Assembly (NCBI GenBank): GCA_951406725.2
Contig: OX597824.1
Span: 32,860,001-32,924,000, forward strand
Source of the DNA: Octopus vulgaris
Taxonomy: Eukaryota
DNA: 64,000 nucleotides
Direction: 5' to 3'
The notes beneath the pieces were generated by a model. It was given only the letters and a program-made list of their open reading frames with translations. It had not been told where the DNA came from and ran no database searches. The stretch's first letter is position 1. Every line of letters starts with the position of its first letter. Below are positions 13,238 to 28,992 of this stretch, piece by piece. The translations under genes and the position numbers were made by a program.

Positions 13238-14309
13238 TAGGATTTTATGTTTCTCCAAATGATATTTATTGCTGCGGTCGATCGAGATTCAAACCAAAAC
13301 TGTTCAGATTGGCCCTCTCGAGTTCTAACCGAGATACGTCTATGCAGTTCAGCCTCTGATAGACCTAAGCGAGGAAATCGAACTACCTATTGAAGTGCGT
13401 CGTGGTTTACCATCTTATGAACACCAGAAGCTACATATTGTAATTTCTTTTGAACTGTGTCTCAGTGCTACGTGTGAGTTTTTGGTCAACACGATAATGG
13501 ACATTTGTCTGGAAGTTTGTCAAGTCTGGCGAGAAGTGGGAAAAAAAACGGAATGCAAAAAGCGGATATTACTGTTGCTACTATTAAGGCTTCCAAAGGC
13601 AGTGAGCAGACAGAATTGTTACCATGCCGGGCAAAATGCTTAGCGATATTTCATCCGATTTTACGATCTGAGTTCAAATACCTATTTATTTACTACCCAC
13701 AAGGGGCTAAACACAGAGGGGACAAACAATGACAGACAAACGGATTAAGTCGATTACATCGACCCCAGTGCCTAACTGGTACTTATTTAATCGACCCCGA
13801 AAGGATGAAAGGCAAAGTCAACCTCGGCGGAATTTGAACTCAAAACGTACCAGCAGACGAAATACGGCTACGGATTTCGTCCGGCGTGCTAACGTTTCTG
13901 CCAGCTCGCTGCCTTCACCGAGGTCGACTTTGTCTTTTATCCTTTCGGAGTCGATGAATTAAGTACCAGTGAAACACTGGGATCGATGTAAGCGACTAGT
14001 CCCCTCCCACAAAATTCCAGGTCTTGTGCCTATAGTAGAAATGGTTATGAAGGCGGCAAGCTGGCAGAATCATTAGCATGCTGGACGAAATGCTTAGCAG
14101 TATTTCGCCCAATGCTCCGTTTTGAGTTCGAATTCTACCGAGGTCAACTTTGCCGTTCATCCTTTCGAGATCGATAAAACAAGTACCATTTGAAGACTAG
14201 GGTCGATGTAATCGACTTAATCCCTCACCCCAAATTTCAGGCCTTGTGCCTACAATACAAAGGATTATTATTATTATTATTATTATTATTATCATTATTA
14301 TTATTATTA

Positions 14310-14355
<46 letters not shown>

Positions 14356-14753
14356 CATTGTTGTTGTTCTTGTTGCTATTATTATTTGCATTTATGTTTT
14401 TACTGATGCACATTCACACATACACACACAAATATGTATGTGTATACACACAGACACACATACACACACACACACACACGCGCGCATAAACACACATATA
14501 CCTCAGACTAGCGTTTTGAATTCGTTTCGAAGATGACTCAAGTATACGGCGTAAGCGAGCTGAAACAACTGAGAAATATCTATTATTGTCGTTTATCTCC
14601 GGGGCGATTCGTTTCGCCTGGTTCTAAGGAATACAGTGTTTTGGGGGGATTGTTTCCCCACACTCTACGCCTTAAAGAGACTTTGGGCGAAATAGTGAGG
14701 CCTAAAAGCGTTTAAACAAATCAAAACACAATAAGTATGTGACGTCGATATAT

Positions 14754-14799
<46 letters not shown>

Positions 14800-14862
14800 A
14801 TAAAAATGGTAAGACAGCAAAAGAAAGAAAGAGACCTCGATATTATGTAAATAGAAGAATTT

Positions 14863-15028
14863 ATCTGTAAATATAATATGTGACAATTTTTTGGTAGCCA
14901 TGATAAAATTCCGAGTTTTTTTCCGATGGCCGGATAACTGAAGAGATAGCGGCGTGGGTTTCCACCTCGGCATCCGAAACTCGGAGTTTTATCATGGCTA
15001 CCGAATAATTGTCACATATTACATTTAC

Positions 15029-15033
<5 letters not shown>
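14863..15033. repeat. Fold-back inverted repeat containing a hammerhead-like motif (14933-14993, +)
   Basis: Arms atctgtaaatataatatgtgacaatt...ggtagccatgataaaa.tccgagttt and its reverse complement. Inside: gataa-CTGAAGA-gat...atcc-GAAA-ctcggag-TT-ttatc. Confidence 0.7.
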
Positions 15034-15080
<47 letters not shown>

Positions 15081-15081
15081 G

Positions 15082-15113
<32 letters not shown>

Positions 15114-15179
15114 TATATGTGTATATATATGTATATATATATGTATATATATGTATATATATATATGTATATATATATG

Positions 15180-15211
<32 letters not shown>

Positions 15212-15285
15212 TTATATATATATGTATATATATATGTATATATATATATGCATATATATATATGTATATATATATATGTATATAC

Positions 15286-15336
<51 letters not shown>

Positions 15337-15450
15337 TACATACATACATATTGTGTGTGTGTGTATGTATGTATACACACACACACACACACACTTAACG
15401 TAAACAATAGATTGCAATGTTTCACTAAATAGGTGAATTATAATTGTCAC

Positions 15451-15660
15451 TAAATGTGACTAGGGTGTTAGGAAACACCTACATTGCTAGAAATAAGAGC
15501 TAAAATTCTCTAATACTGTAGTTAACGCACATGAATGAAAACATATACATTAGCAGAGACCATAATTGTCTGAAAAATACCGACCGGTCGGTCTAACTAC
15601 AGTATTAGAGCATTTTAGCTCTTATTTCTAGCAATGTAGGTGTTTTTTAACACCCTAGTC
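15451..15660. repeat. Palindromic MITE-like hairpin (about 70-bp arms)
   Basis: gactagggtgtta...ctaatactgtagtta versus taactacagtattag...taacaccctagtc. Confidence 0.8.
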
Positions 15661-16105
15661 CAGGGGATGCCAAATTTTTTCGACCATCAACCCTCTTCAG
15701 CGATTTCTCCTTCCGCATTGATCCCCTTTAGCCACTTCTTCTGCATCAAACACCCTCCTCGTTTTAAATATCTGAATACCCTACCCTGCCGTACCATATC
15801 TTAAATGCGTATTGGGTACTGATTCTGCCAATTAAAATGTTAGCTAAAATAAACATGTACGACAAATTAAGAAATTCTATTGAAGAAAACACACTTTTTA
15901 CATTTAAAACTATGTGTACGAGTATATAGTATTAAACTTACAATTTTTGTGAAATTGTTTTCGGCGTTAAGTATTTCAAGCAGTTCATCTGAGTGAACAG
16001 GTCTTTCGCACACCGACCCCCATTCGACCCTTTGGCTATCATCGACCCCCTGTAATTCCTCGCCGACCCCTAGAGGGTCCCTCGAACCCCTGTTGGTGAC
16101 CCCTG
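15661..16105. mobile_element. hAT-type MITE
   Basis: Termini CAGGGG...CCCCTG with an 8-bp TSD CCCTAGTC at 15653-15660 and 16106-16113. Confidence 0.8.
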
Positions 16106-16118
16106 CCCTAGTCACATT

Positions 16119-16237
<119 letters not shown>

Positions 16238-16359
16238 ATAAGATCGTCAATTTAATTATCGATCTTATCAGTGGCCAGCATGGGAATAAAAACCTTCAAA
16301 GGTAATAAATATAATATATATATGTGTTTGTGTGTGTATATGTATATAAATAAATATTA

Positions 16360-16759
16360 CTAGCAGTATCGCCCGGCGTTGCTCGGGTTTGTAAGGGAAA
16401 TAACTATATAAGCATTTTTAGAGAGTTATAGCCAAAAAGTAGCAAAAAAATGCATTAAAAATGGAAAAAAAAATGATGGTAAATTTTTTTTTAAATCGTT
16501 GTCTCATCGTAGACATTTTTAGAGAGTTACTTCCTTTATATAATATCGAAAAAAATGCATTAAAATGGAAAAAAATGATGGTAAATTTTTTTTTAAATCG
16601 TAGACTTATCGTAGACGCGCGCTAATACCCAGAAGGGCTCGATATGAATCACGACTATAAGATACCCGGTTTTGGTTAAACTGCACCGCAAAATGTGGGA
16701 GTAGTTAGGAATCTAAATCGTAGGAGACAGACACACAACTTGACTTTTATATATAAAGA
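16360..16759 (-). mobile_element. Non-autonomous Helitron
   Basis: Minus strand 5' a|TCTTTATATATAAAAG and 3' cccgagcaacgccggg hairpin ...CTAG|t. Related copy at 43213-43718. Confidence 0.8.
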
Positions 16760-17989
16760 TATACATGTAAGTATGTATGTATGTATGTATGTATGTATAA
16801 TGTGTATGTGCGTGTGTTACCGTATTTTCCGAAACACCTCACCCCATCCTCGGGAAAATATTTTCCCCCTCATACTCCGATATAAGCAGAATCTACACAA
16901 TGTGGAGCGTATTTCTAGAAAATTCCATCAGAAAATATCCATTTTTTTCTGGAAGTCATAAGGAGACAAACGAAGGTGGAGATGGGTGGGGGCACACACC
17001 TGTAAGAATTCCCAAAGGCCATTATAGGAGTTTCGGGGAGTAGTTTCCATTTCACGAGTGGTAATGCCCTGTAATGTTGTTAATGTCTCTCTGCGTTTTT
17101 GATATGCGCGAAAGGCCTCACCATTGGACACAAGCAGTGTCTATAAACGCTGTCTTTGTCGAAGATTATTGGCTTGCGTCAAGGGCAACAACTAATATTG
17201 GCCTTATTAATATACAACAAGGGAAACAATCCTGTACAATCGTTATCATAGCGTGTTCACTCTAAGATTTTTCTCATAGGAAACTTCTGCCTTTATTGAA
17301 CAATCTGATATAAAGGCATAACTACTGAACTACTCTCTCTGAAATTCTTTGCTGCTTATTATTTCTTTTGTTTTTGCACACTGTACCAGAAAGATTATTT
17401 CTCGTCGACGTAGAATTAAGAGTAATTCCACAGCGAAACGTTTCTAATTCTTCATCATTATGAATGTATCGTGTTTACAGATGTCATCTTTTTTCTGAGA
17501 TTGCAGACTTATACCAAGGGAAATAACTCAAGTTGATTTTACAAGGAAGTCAATCCAATATTTATTTCTTTATTGCCACAAGGGGGCTAAACACAGATGA
17601 GACAAACAAGGACAGACACAGGGATTAAGTCGATTACATCGACCCCAGTACATAACTGGTACTTATTTAATCGACCCCCGAAAGGATGAAAGGCAAAGTC
17701 GACCTCGGCGGAATTTGAACTCAGAACGTAACGGCACTAGAAATACCTATTTCTTTACTACCCACAAGGGGCTAAACACAGAGGGGACAAACAAACAGAT
17801 TAAGTCGATTATATTGACTCCAGTGTGTAACTGGTACTTATTTAATCGACCCCGAAAGGATGAATGGCAAAGTCGACCTCGGCGGAATTTGAACTCAGAA
17901 CGTAACGGTAGCCAAAATACCGCTCAGTATTTCGCCAGGTGGGCTAATGATTCTGACAACCGTATCTATACTACATAAATATATATAAT

Positions 17990-18285
17990 AAGGTGCGCGT
18001 GATCAGCGATTAGGGTATTTGGCTCACGATCGTAAGACAGTGAATTCTATTGCCGGCGTCGCGTTGTGTCCTTAAACAAGACACTTTGTTTCACGTTGTT
18101 CTAGTTCACTCAGCTGGCAAAAGTGAGTAAGCCCCTGTATTCCAAAGGGCCAGCCTTTGAATCTCCCTGAGATTAAGGGTACACATGTCTGCGGAGTGAT
18201 CAGCAACTTGCACGTTAATCTCACGAGCAGGCTGTTCCGTTGATCGGATCGACTGGAACGCTCGTCGTCGAAACCGACGGAGTAA
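17990..18285 (+). mobile_element. tRNA-derived SINE (another family; related heads at ~25750 and ~47472)
   Basis: tRNA-like head followed by gttgtgtcctt..acaagacactttatttcacgttg.t.cagttcactcagctg. Confidence 0.6.
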
Positions 18286-18418
18286 GGTAGAATTTACCAC
18301 TGAGGGGCAACGATTAGAACTCATGACCGCTTATGTCTCATTGTATAGTAGAGGTACAGAAAACGGTTTGTGTATTTAACCCCTTTGTATTCTAAATAGC
18401 TTTCCTCTTTGTTCTCTG

Positions 18419-18840
18419 GGATCTTTTCGGTTTGAACGGCAGTTTTTTCTAGCGGTTTCATATGAAATTGTCACGCATAATTATGACCCTAGAATCGATC
18501 TATTGTATTTCAATCTCTTTTAGGGTTAGGGTAAGGGTTAGGGGTGGGGGAAGGATATCTTTTTTTCTTCACAAATGTAAATGAACCCAATTTGTTTCTT
18601 AAACGAGGGACATATTCATACGGCACAGAATGCTTTTTAACTCAATAGACGTCAGAGATTGGTTGAAATTGCAGAAATTGAAGAAAAAAAACAACAAATA
18701 TCTTACAAACTATAGAATTTTCTCAATAAAGCCAAGCGAAAAAGATGTTTTATAAACACATTCTACCAGTATACGAAGTTTAACATTTTTAAGTTACCTA
18801 GAAATTATGTTAAAAACTGCCGTTCAAACCGAAAAGATCC
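18419..18840. mobile_element. MITE with GG..CC TIRs, 8-bp TSD and internal TTAGGG-like repeats
   Basis: TIR GGATCTTTTCGGTTTGAACGGCAGTTTT. TSD gttctctg/gctctctg. Confidence 0.85.
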
Positions 18841-19262
18841 GCTCTCTGGAACTCCCTACAATCGTTAGTTTGTATTCAGTTTTTTAAGCTCTCTGTCAAC
18901 TGGCGTCTTTTGAATTTGTTTTCCTTCTTTGTAGTCCCTTACGCTACAGTAGCCTCAAGCCTTGTTAAAATGAATTTTTTTTTTAAATCGTGTGTTGTTT
19001 ATTGTGATGCAATGATTAACAGCCACGAGAGTTTATGCTTCGTTGTAAAGAAGACAGGACACGGCTATTTGATGGAATTGGTGTAGTGTACTGTTATACA
19101 GTTTGTGTTTGAATGAAAGTAATTTGGACACCACACTGCCATGTGGTGAGTTGACTCTGAAATGTACCGCTGAAAGTTTATAACTTTCTCTCTCGTTGTA
19201 TAGCAGCATGAACTGAGAACGCCTGGTCATATGGTGGAGTGGGTGCTTGCTTTGTCATATAG

Positions 19263-19759
19263 TACTTGTACTTGTACTTGTTGCGACATTCACCCTGGGC
19301 GGGTTGAGTCGGCTTCTTCTACCACCCTCGAGGCATCTCGAACCATGGCAGCCCACGCTCAACGGTCCTGTGCCAGTTCACTGGAGATAGCGAGCCAGTC
19401 ACGGTTCCATCGGCGCAGGCCGATGTTGCCATTGTATTCGCCATTGAGAATTCATGGAAGGAGTTTCGTGGGAATATGTGGATTTCACAAGCGTTCCCCA
19501 ACAATCCCGCATGTAGTGACAACCTGTTTGCCGCAGATTGTCCGCAGACGCAGGGACAGAACGACCGAGGAACCGCCGGTTGCCGAAGCAGACACTCCGA
19601 GGATTTTCACCAGAGCCCAGTCTGCCGGGTTGTGGCCCTAATACCACACGGTGTCGGACCAATCCGCCTTGGGTGGCCCTACCAAGAAGCGAAGTTCCCG
19701 ACGGCATACTCTGACACTACCCGTTACCAGCGTCCCCACCACGGTGAGAAGGGGATGGA
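19263..19759 (-). mobile_element. Internally deleted non-autonomous RTE-clade element
   Basis: 5' part tagggccacccaaggcggattggtc is RTE/BovB-like. 3' end tcaacccgcccagggtgaatgtcgcaa(caagta)n. Flanked by CATATAG on both sides; GC-rich. Confidence 0.6.
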
Positions 19760-20464
19760 CATATAGAGCGGGAAGTCGCTTCGCTTGAGTACAATCAGAG
19801 ATTATAAGAGGTGAGGGGTTGTGGTATTGTTTCGGGGTTCTGAGTATTGTTGCATGAAATAAAATAGGAGGTAAGAAAATATGTAAAAGAGCAAAAGTCA
19901 AAAAGATGTTAGAAAAAAGCTGACAGGAGAAATTGTCATCCCCAAAATGTAGTTTTGGGGGCTGTTGTGGAGCCTGGTTGGTATCTTAATACAGAGTTAA
20001 AGGAAAACTCTAAGGAACTTAGATAGATATAAAGTCCAGGGTTAGGGGTATAGCAGGTAACCGGGTGTAGTTAGAATACTGCTGATTAGGGTTGTTTCTG
20101 AAAAATTTTGTATGTGGACAAGAAAAAAAAAAAAAAATTATTTTGTGTTTTCCATCGTGCATGAATTGCACTTGCTACCTCGCCCTTTGTATTTATCTGT
20201 CTTTGTAGCAGCACGCTAACTTGTTGTGGAGTTACTTATTCCACAGTGCTTTACATTCCACATAAAATTTGAGATCCCGGTGAAATTGCGCTTCTCTCAT
20301 TCTCTAAACGAAATGAGAGGAAATGTTTATCCGAATTATGATCATTTCACGCTCCTCTGAGGATTTATTGATAATTCATTTTCTACCATTCTTTTGTTTC
20401 TATTTATAAATTCATTTGCTTATTTGTTTCTTTCGCCTAAATATATATAGTTGTAACTGTACAT

Positions 20465-20623
<159 letters not shown>

Positions 20624-20654
20624 TATACATATATATATACATATATATATATAC

Positions 20655-22852
<2,198 letters not shown>

Positions 22853-22855
<3 letters not shown>

Positions 22856-23052
22856 AGAGTTTACGAAAACAACAACAAAAGACGAAGATAGGTGGTGTAC
22901 AAAACAAACAGATGTATTAGTATAACGCTCAGGAATAGAAAAGTATTTTACGTTTCGAGCCTACGCTCTTCTACAGAAAGGAACACAGAAAACAAGGAGA
23001 GAAACAAGGAGAGAAAAAAAATGTGTGTAGTGGCTAACGATCTATCATGGCG
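22853..23052 (-). mobile_element. Short PLE pLTR-like repeat with variant hammerhead core (copy at 56462-56648)
   Basis: Reverse complement ctgtagaagagcgtaggctcgaaacgtaaaa; adjacent to the PLE 3' end. Confidence 0.5.
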
Positions 23053-23057
23053 TCTGA

Positions 23058-23232
23058 TAGATTTAATTAAATTAGAAGGACACATAATTTTACCTAAAAT
23101 CTCCAAGAGCTTGAGGAGATAGACAAAGAACGTGTTTTACCAACAAAACATGTTCTTTGTCTATCTCCTCAAGCTCTTGGAGATTTTAGGTAAAATTATA
23201 TTAATGTGTCCTTCTAATTTAATTAAATTCTA
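23058..23232. repeat. Near-perfect hairpin with about 80-bp arms
   Basis: aattaaattagaaggacaca...ctccaagagcttgaggagatagacaaagaac.tgtttt, a loop accaac, then the reverse complement. Confidence 0.9.
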
Positions 23233-23355
23233 TGTCTTTGTGCAGCTGAAGATTGCTCTACATTTTAAACTGATGTAATGAAATGATTGCATTTTTCAAT
23301 TAAATGGAGTCGCATGAAACGATCGTACTGCATTACCTCTGGATATCCTTGTTGC

Positions 23356-23401
<46 letters not shown>

Positions 23402-23455
23402 CTACATATCTGCTGTGTATGTGAGAGTGTATGTACATGTATGCATGTATATGTG

Positions 23456-23501
<46 letters not shown>

Positions 23502-23769
23502 ATATGATTGATATATATATATATAGAAATGTGTGCATGTGTGATTGTATGTTTGTAAATTCATATGCGTAAGTATGTTTGTGCCAATATTTAAATATTT
23601 ATACTTGTAGTCCATGTTGGTACGAAGACGAGTTACATACTTTTATATCTACCTTTCTTTGTTCTATCTGTATTTGTTCCAATCAAATTTCAATATTTAG
23701 AGAACACAGATATACGTGACTCTTTCTCACACACTTCTGAATTTTCGTTCTTGTGAAATTCGATGAAGT

Positions 23770-23898
23770 CGATGTTGTTCACGGTATCAAAAAAAATTTG
23801 GACCTTGTCTTACTTCAGTAATTTTTTTATCTAGATTAACTCTCATCTTTTGGATCAAAAGTTTCCTCTCAGACTGTTCCTTCGAAGTGTGTTCTACT

Positions 23899-23953
<55 letters not shown>

Positions 23954-24905
23954 ACCCACATTCTATCAACTATACTGTTTCAGAGATGAATAAGTCTTCT
24001 ATATTCTTCTGTATACTGATGACAGTTAGCCTTTTACTCTATACAACCCTAGTTGAGGATAAAACTCTCCACTTCTTAACCATACTTATGCAGACCTGAT
24101 CCTCGACTTAGACATATCAGATCGGATTTTCACTACATCTATCAACAGAACCCTTAAAATAATCCTTTATTTGAGACATGACAATGACTTACTGAACAAT
24201 ACAAACATTCGATCATTTATGTCTCAGAACAAACAATTTAACAAAGTCGAATTTGTGCTTAGCTTCAAAATCTCTCATAGCGATTTCACTTATTGCTTAT
24301 AGCAGAACCAAAGTCTTGGCTTCTTTTGAAACCGAAAATAATTCAACCTAATCAGTAACTCGTTCTCCACAAATTTTATGTGTGACTGGTATGGCGCTGT
24401 TGCGAGAGTTGTATAGAGTAAAAGAAGGCGGCGAGCTGGCAGAAACGTTAGCACGCCGGGCGAAATGCGTAGCCGTATTTCGTCTGCCGCTACGTTCTGA
24501 GTTCAAATTCCGCCGAGATCGACTTTGCCTTTCAGCCTTTCGGGGTCGATAAATTAAGTACCAGTTACGCACTGGGATCGATGTAATCGACTTAATCCGT
24601 TTGTCTGTCCTTGTTTGTACCCTCTGTGTTTAGCCCCTAGTGGGAAGTGAAGAAATATGTATAGAGTAAAAGACAAAATATCTATGGAAGAGTATAGAAG
24701 AATTATTCATCTTTGAAACATAGTAGAGTAGATAGAGTATGGGTTAGAGAGAGAGAGAGAGAGAGAGAGAGAGTCTCAGGAGTACACACTTTGAAGGAAC
24801 TATCTGAGAGGAAACTTTCTATCCAAAAGATGAGATTTAATCTTGGTAAAAAAAAATTACTGAAGTAGACAAGGTACAAATTCTTCAGATACAGAGAACA
24901 ACATT
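23770..24905. mobile_element. Old fold-back/MITE-like element with long diverged inverted arms, interrupted by SINE B
   Basis: 23770-24050 is the inverted counterpart of about 24405-24905, including (CT)n/(AG)n. Confidence 0.6.
24426..24657 (+). mobile_element. SINE family B, full length, with 16-bp TSD
   Basis: TSD TGTATAGAGTAAAAGA at 24410-24425 and 24658-24673. Confidence 0.9.
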
Positions 24906-26415
24906 AAATGAATATCGTTGACCACACCAAAATAGAAAGAAATTAAACTGACTAACAAAGCTCAAGGGTGCAAAAAACCATAAACACATAGATATTCTGC
25001 TTCTTTAACCTTTTCTACGGAACTCTAAGAACTAGTAACTTCTAAGAACTTGTAGCGAATCTTCTATGCATGAAGTAGATTCGATCCATCACAGCCAAAT
25101 TTAAATTAACACTGCAACAGAACTTTTCCCACGATGGAACAATAGTTTTTCTGTGACAGCAGTTTTAGATTTTCCTGATGCTTTTAGCTAGGCCGAAATA
25201 ATGTCTTCACCACTTGACCCTTTCTAACCTCTTCTACATCACCAAAAGCTAGAATAGATAACAAGACCACCAACTAAATCTATTGTTTTCAATGGTATAT
25301 CTATCCTTCTAGATAGTTATATAAGCAAGCATACCCCAAGCAAAAATCAGTTAGCCACTGCGGTGACAACTCAGTGAGAACGAAGTCTGGCTGACCAGCT
25401 AGAACTTTGGTCAGCGAGAGAAATGAAATTTACTGTCAGCAACGTCCCACACCCTACAATTCTCTCTAGCTCTAATTCTGTTCTCTTACAACATCATTCT
25501 ATCGGTCTCAGCAATTACTACTAAACAATGAAGAGGACACAAACACAAACTTTACTTTGCATGCTTTTGGATGTATCAAAGCCGTTACAAACTTGTAAGC
25601 TGTATTCCACACTGATACTCTTTCATATTGTTTTTACCTCCTATCAAAATTCGCATTAAATACTTTCTACTTAATATTTCATCAACAAAGGGTAAATTTC
25701 TGGACTTTTCACACTTTTCACGTATTTCTACATGAGTCGATCAACCTAAGTGAAGGCACGTGGCCTAGTGGTCAGAGTGTTGTACTCACAATCACAAGGT
25801 CGTAATTTCAATTCCCAGTTCATTCACCTGTAAATGAGTAACCATGCAACGGACTGAAGGCCTGTTCAGGGGAATGTTGTGATGTCGGTCGCTTATAAGT
25901 CACGAAAATGGAGTAACAGGCCCTATAAGTCCTAGGACAAAACACCGTGTCCAGAGAATGATGATGACAACGACGACAACGACGACCTACACAGGCCCTA
26001 GTTAAAGCGCAACCATTTCATCAATCTGACAAACTAGAAAGATCTTTGACATTGTTCCTTCATCTACAGGCAACAATTTCAAGCAACTGATTGATTATTA
26101 TCAATAATAATCGTAGATTTATAATGAAGTATAATACAAATTACTATTAATATCAAGAGAACATATAATCTTTAAATGTTAAAGATTATATTCTATATTC
26201 AAGCAGAAAAGATCGTACATTTAAGTCACAATATTACCTAGACTAAAAGAAAGTTGATATATAAGCAAAATGCTGCCTGTCACGTGAAGTATATTTATGA
26301 AGAATTTTAGATTTTTAAATGAAAATAGAACAGCGCATAAATGGAACAATGAATACATGTAAACAAATGTACATACTTGTAAACCGAACATCTGTTCCTA
26401 CGTGAAGTCAGGGGA

Positions 26416-26691
26416 TCAATTCGGGTGAAAAACTGCAGAACTGTGTCCGACATAAATGTGATGTCTGCTGTAATTTCCTCGAACCGGTTCCCATAGGAAT
26501 ACGTAATAAATACCGAGGAAGAATGCCAGACCAAATTCGATACCAACATATAAGGAGATGAGCAGAAATTTTAAGGAAATAATCTGGGCTATTGATGGTG
26601 GAGCTTTCTTTTGGAGTCCAACTATTTTGGCTCTTGAGGTTTTCTTATCGTCAGTGTCTGGAACATCAACAGCAACATCGGTTGAAGACAT
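26416..26691 (-). CDS. InaF-motif-like small single-pass membrane protein, paralog B (91 aa)
   Basis: MSSTDVAVDVPDTDDKK...KFLLISLYVGIEFGLAFFLGIYYVFLWEPVRGNYSRHHIYVGHSSAVFHPN. Same length as paralog A, in non-repetitive sequence, with a conserved C-terminal half. Confidence 0.85.
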   Translation of the reverse strand: MSSTDVAVDVPDTDDKKTSRAKIVGLQKKAPPSIAQIISLKFLLISLYVGIEFGLAFFLGIYYVFLWEPVRGNYSRHHIYVGHSSAVFHPN

Positions 26692-27544
26692 TTTTTTTAG
26701 TAAGAGTCTAAAAGCTATAAAGACTGGTTTTTACAACTACTTTACAAGTGGTATAGCTGCAGTTTTGAGTATGAATATAAACTGGAGAAGAAAACTGAAT
26801 CAATGTTATTATGAAATGGAATCGGAAAACAATTACCACAGATATCTAACAGAAAATTATAACAGAATTTTCAGAAAAGAAGATTATAAATAAAAACAAA
26901 AATATTTAATCGGGGAGACGCTAGTTTCAGTATTAAAAGTAAATTATAGGATAATATGAAGGTAGTGTCTGGTTAATAAAATAATTAGTATAACACTTTC
27001 GTGTTATGAGCGATAATTACTTCGACAGCAGCAAAGTCCAAAGCATAGTATTACTTAATTAGCTTTACAAATATGATAATCTAATAAATTATTATATTCC
27101 CGCCCTTGTATTTTCGATTTTTATCATAAGCTTGTATTTTGCTTAATAGATTTCGAATTATGTTTATTTCGAATTTGACAACATTTTCGTAAACAGTATA
27201 ATTGTGAAAAATACGAATCATGAAGTTACAGTCAATATAACCTTCCTTAATTCCCGAGATAGCTTATTGTCATCAAAATGCTATAGTTTTGCAGGTTATT
27301 CACTTCATCTTCAGCGTAATAGGAGTGGCTACTTGGTAAATAGCTTGCTTACAAACCACATGGTTCCGGGTTCAGTCCCACTGCGTGGCACCTTGGGCAA
27401 GTATCTTCTACTATAGCCTCGGGCCGAACAAAGCCTTGTGAGTGGATTTGGTAGACGGAAACTGAAAGAAGCCCGTCGTATATATGGTACTATTAAGTTA
27501 GACATGGCCTGGACCAATCTTTGGTCGAAACATATCTAAGTTTA

Positions 27545-27596
<52 letters not shown>

Positions 27597-27600
<4 letters not shown>

Positions 27601-28504
27601 AGAAATAGGATCACGCTTGGTCGTATCGTGTAGGAAATACGATTGCACGCGGTTCTACTCTTAACGAATTATCCAAGGCCATAAAATACATACAGACGAT
27701 AATAGAACATAAGTGAATTGACACAAGTCTTCTGTTGGTAGATAAATATTATTTATTTTACATATTTTACAATCATGTGGATTCTAAGAGTTGGTAAGCG
27801 TTAGCATGTTTTGTGTCTGTGTGTTCGGGTGGCGTGAAGCATACCCAAAGGTACTGAACATAGAATTAAGAATTGCATTTAGTTTACTGTTCATAGGACA
27901 AGATGCTGGAATCTACTCGAGAGGCTTTCAGTGTTTGTATAGATTAGCGTAGCAACAGGTAGTAGCAGAGACAATCGCATATCTCTAAGTTGAGCAGCAG
28001 AGGCCTAAGTTAGTTCTCAAAAGAACTGGAACCCAAGACCTAAGTGTCTGTGAAACCCTGCTTTATATACTGTTCGGTTGGCTCACCAAACTCCAGAAAA
28101 TGGAATTTTAACCGAAAGTCTTGATTGGCTGATTCGCAATTATGGCGCGAAATAAGTCGAGACAATTCGCGTCACGTGTCCATCAGTGGCGCGGACTTCG
28201 TAGGGACCCTCGTGTCACATGTCAAACAGCGGCGCGAAATAAGTCGAGACAATTCGCGTCACGTGTCCATCAGTGGCGCGGACTTCGTAGGGACCCTCGT
28301 GTCACATGTCAAACAGTGGGGCGAAATACGTAGAGACCCCTCGTGTCACCTGTCAGCCAATCAAGTTAGTGTTTAGAACAAGAACAAGTTGACCAAAGAT
28401 GGTTGTAACCTCAAACGAGATCATTTCTGCCTTGCCCTTCACACAGTCAAGATATTAACAATCGCTATGGTCATATTTCAAAAAGGCTGAAATTGCCACG
28501 CTAC

Positions 28505-28505
<1 letters not shown>
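27597..28505 (-). mobile_element. Solo LTR inserted in (TA)n
   Basis: TGTA...TACA termini. Minus-strand TATA (gtatataaag ~28061-28070) and AATAAA (~27752-27757). An internal 87-bp tandem repeat lies in the U3-like part. Confidence 0.65.
28144..28317. repeat. Two 87-bp tandem copies plus a partial third (enhancer-like)
   Basis: ggcgcgaaataagtcgagacaattcgcgtcacgtg...gtcacatgtcaaacag at 28144 and 28231. Confidence 0.9.
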
Positions 28506-28565
<60 letters not shown>

Positions 28566-28937
28566 TTCCCCCAACATCGCTTGACAACCAATGCTGGTGT
28601 GTTGACGTGCCCGTAACTTAGAGGTTCGAATAAGTACTAGGCTTACAAAGAATAAGTCTTGGGGTCGATTTGCTCAACTAAAGGCGGTGCTCCAGCATGG
28701 CCACAGTCAAATGACTGGAACAAGTAAAAGAGAGTAAAGAGTATTACTTAGATCAGCGGTTCTCAGCCGGGGTCCCTAGGGTCACATATTTACGTCAAAG
28801 GCCATAGGTCCATGTAAGAAGTCAAACATCCATATCAAAGATCAAAAGTCTATGTCAAATGTCAAAGGTCCATGACAAAGGTTAATATTAGTACTAGAGA
28901 AAGATCCCTGGTGGTTCACAAATACCTAAACACACAT

Positions 28938-28992
<55 letters not shown>

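Noticed and set aside
14954-15450. Many YI/HT/YVCM/RE/I-repeat ORFs here and throughout the window
   Set aside because: These are translations of (TA)n, (CA)n, (TACA)n, (GA)n and (AAT)n microsatellites.
19231-19766. GC-rich overlapping ORFs suggesting a gene
   Set aside because: They lie within a TSD-flanked non-autonomous RTE-like element and contain no recognisable domain.
28144-28350. Repeat array resembling CRISPR
   Set aside because: Contiguous tandem repeats without unique spacers, in a eukaryotic LTR context with no cas genes.
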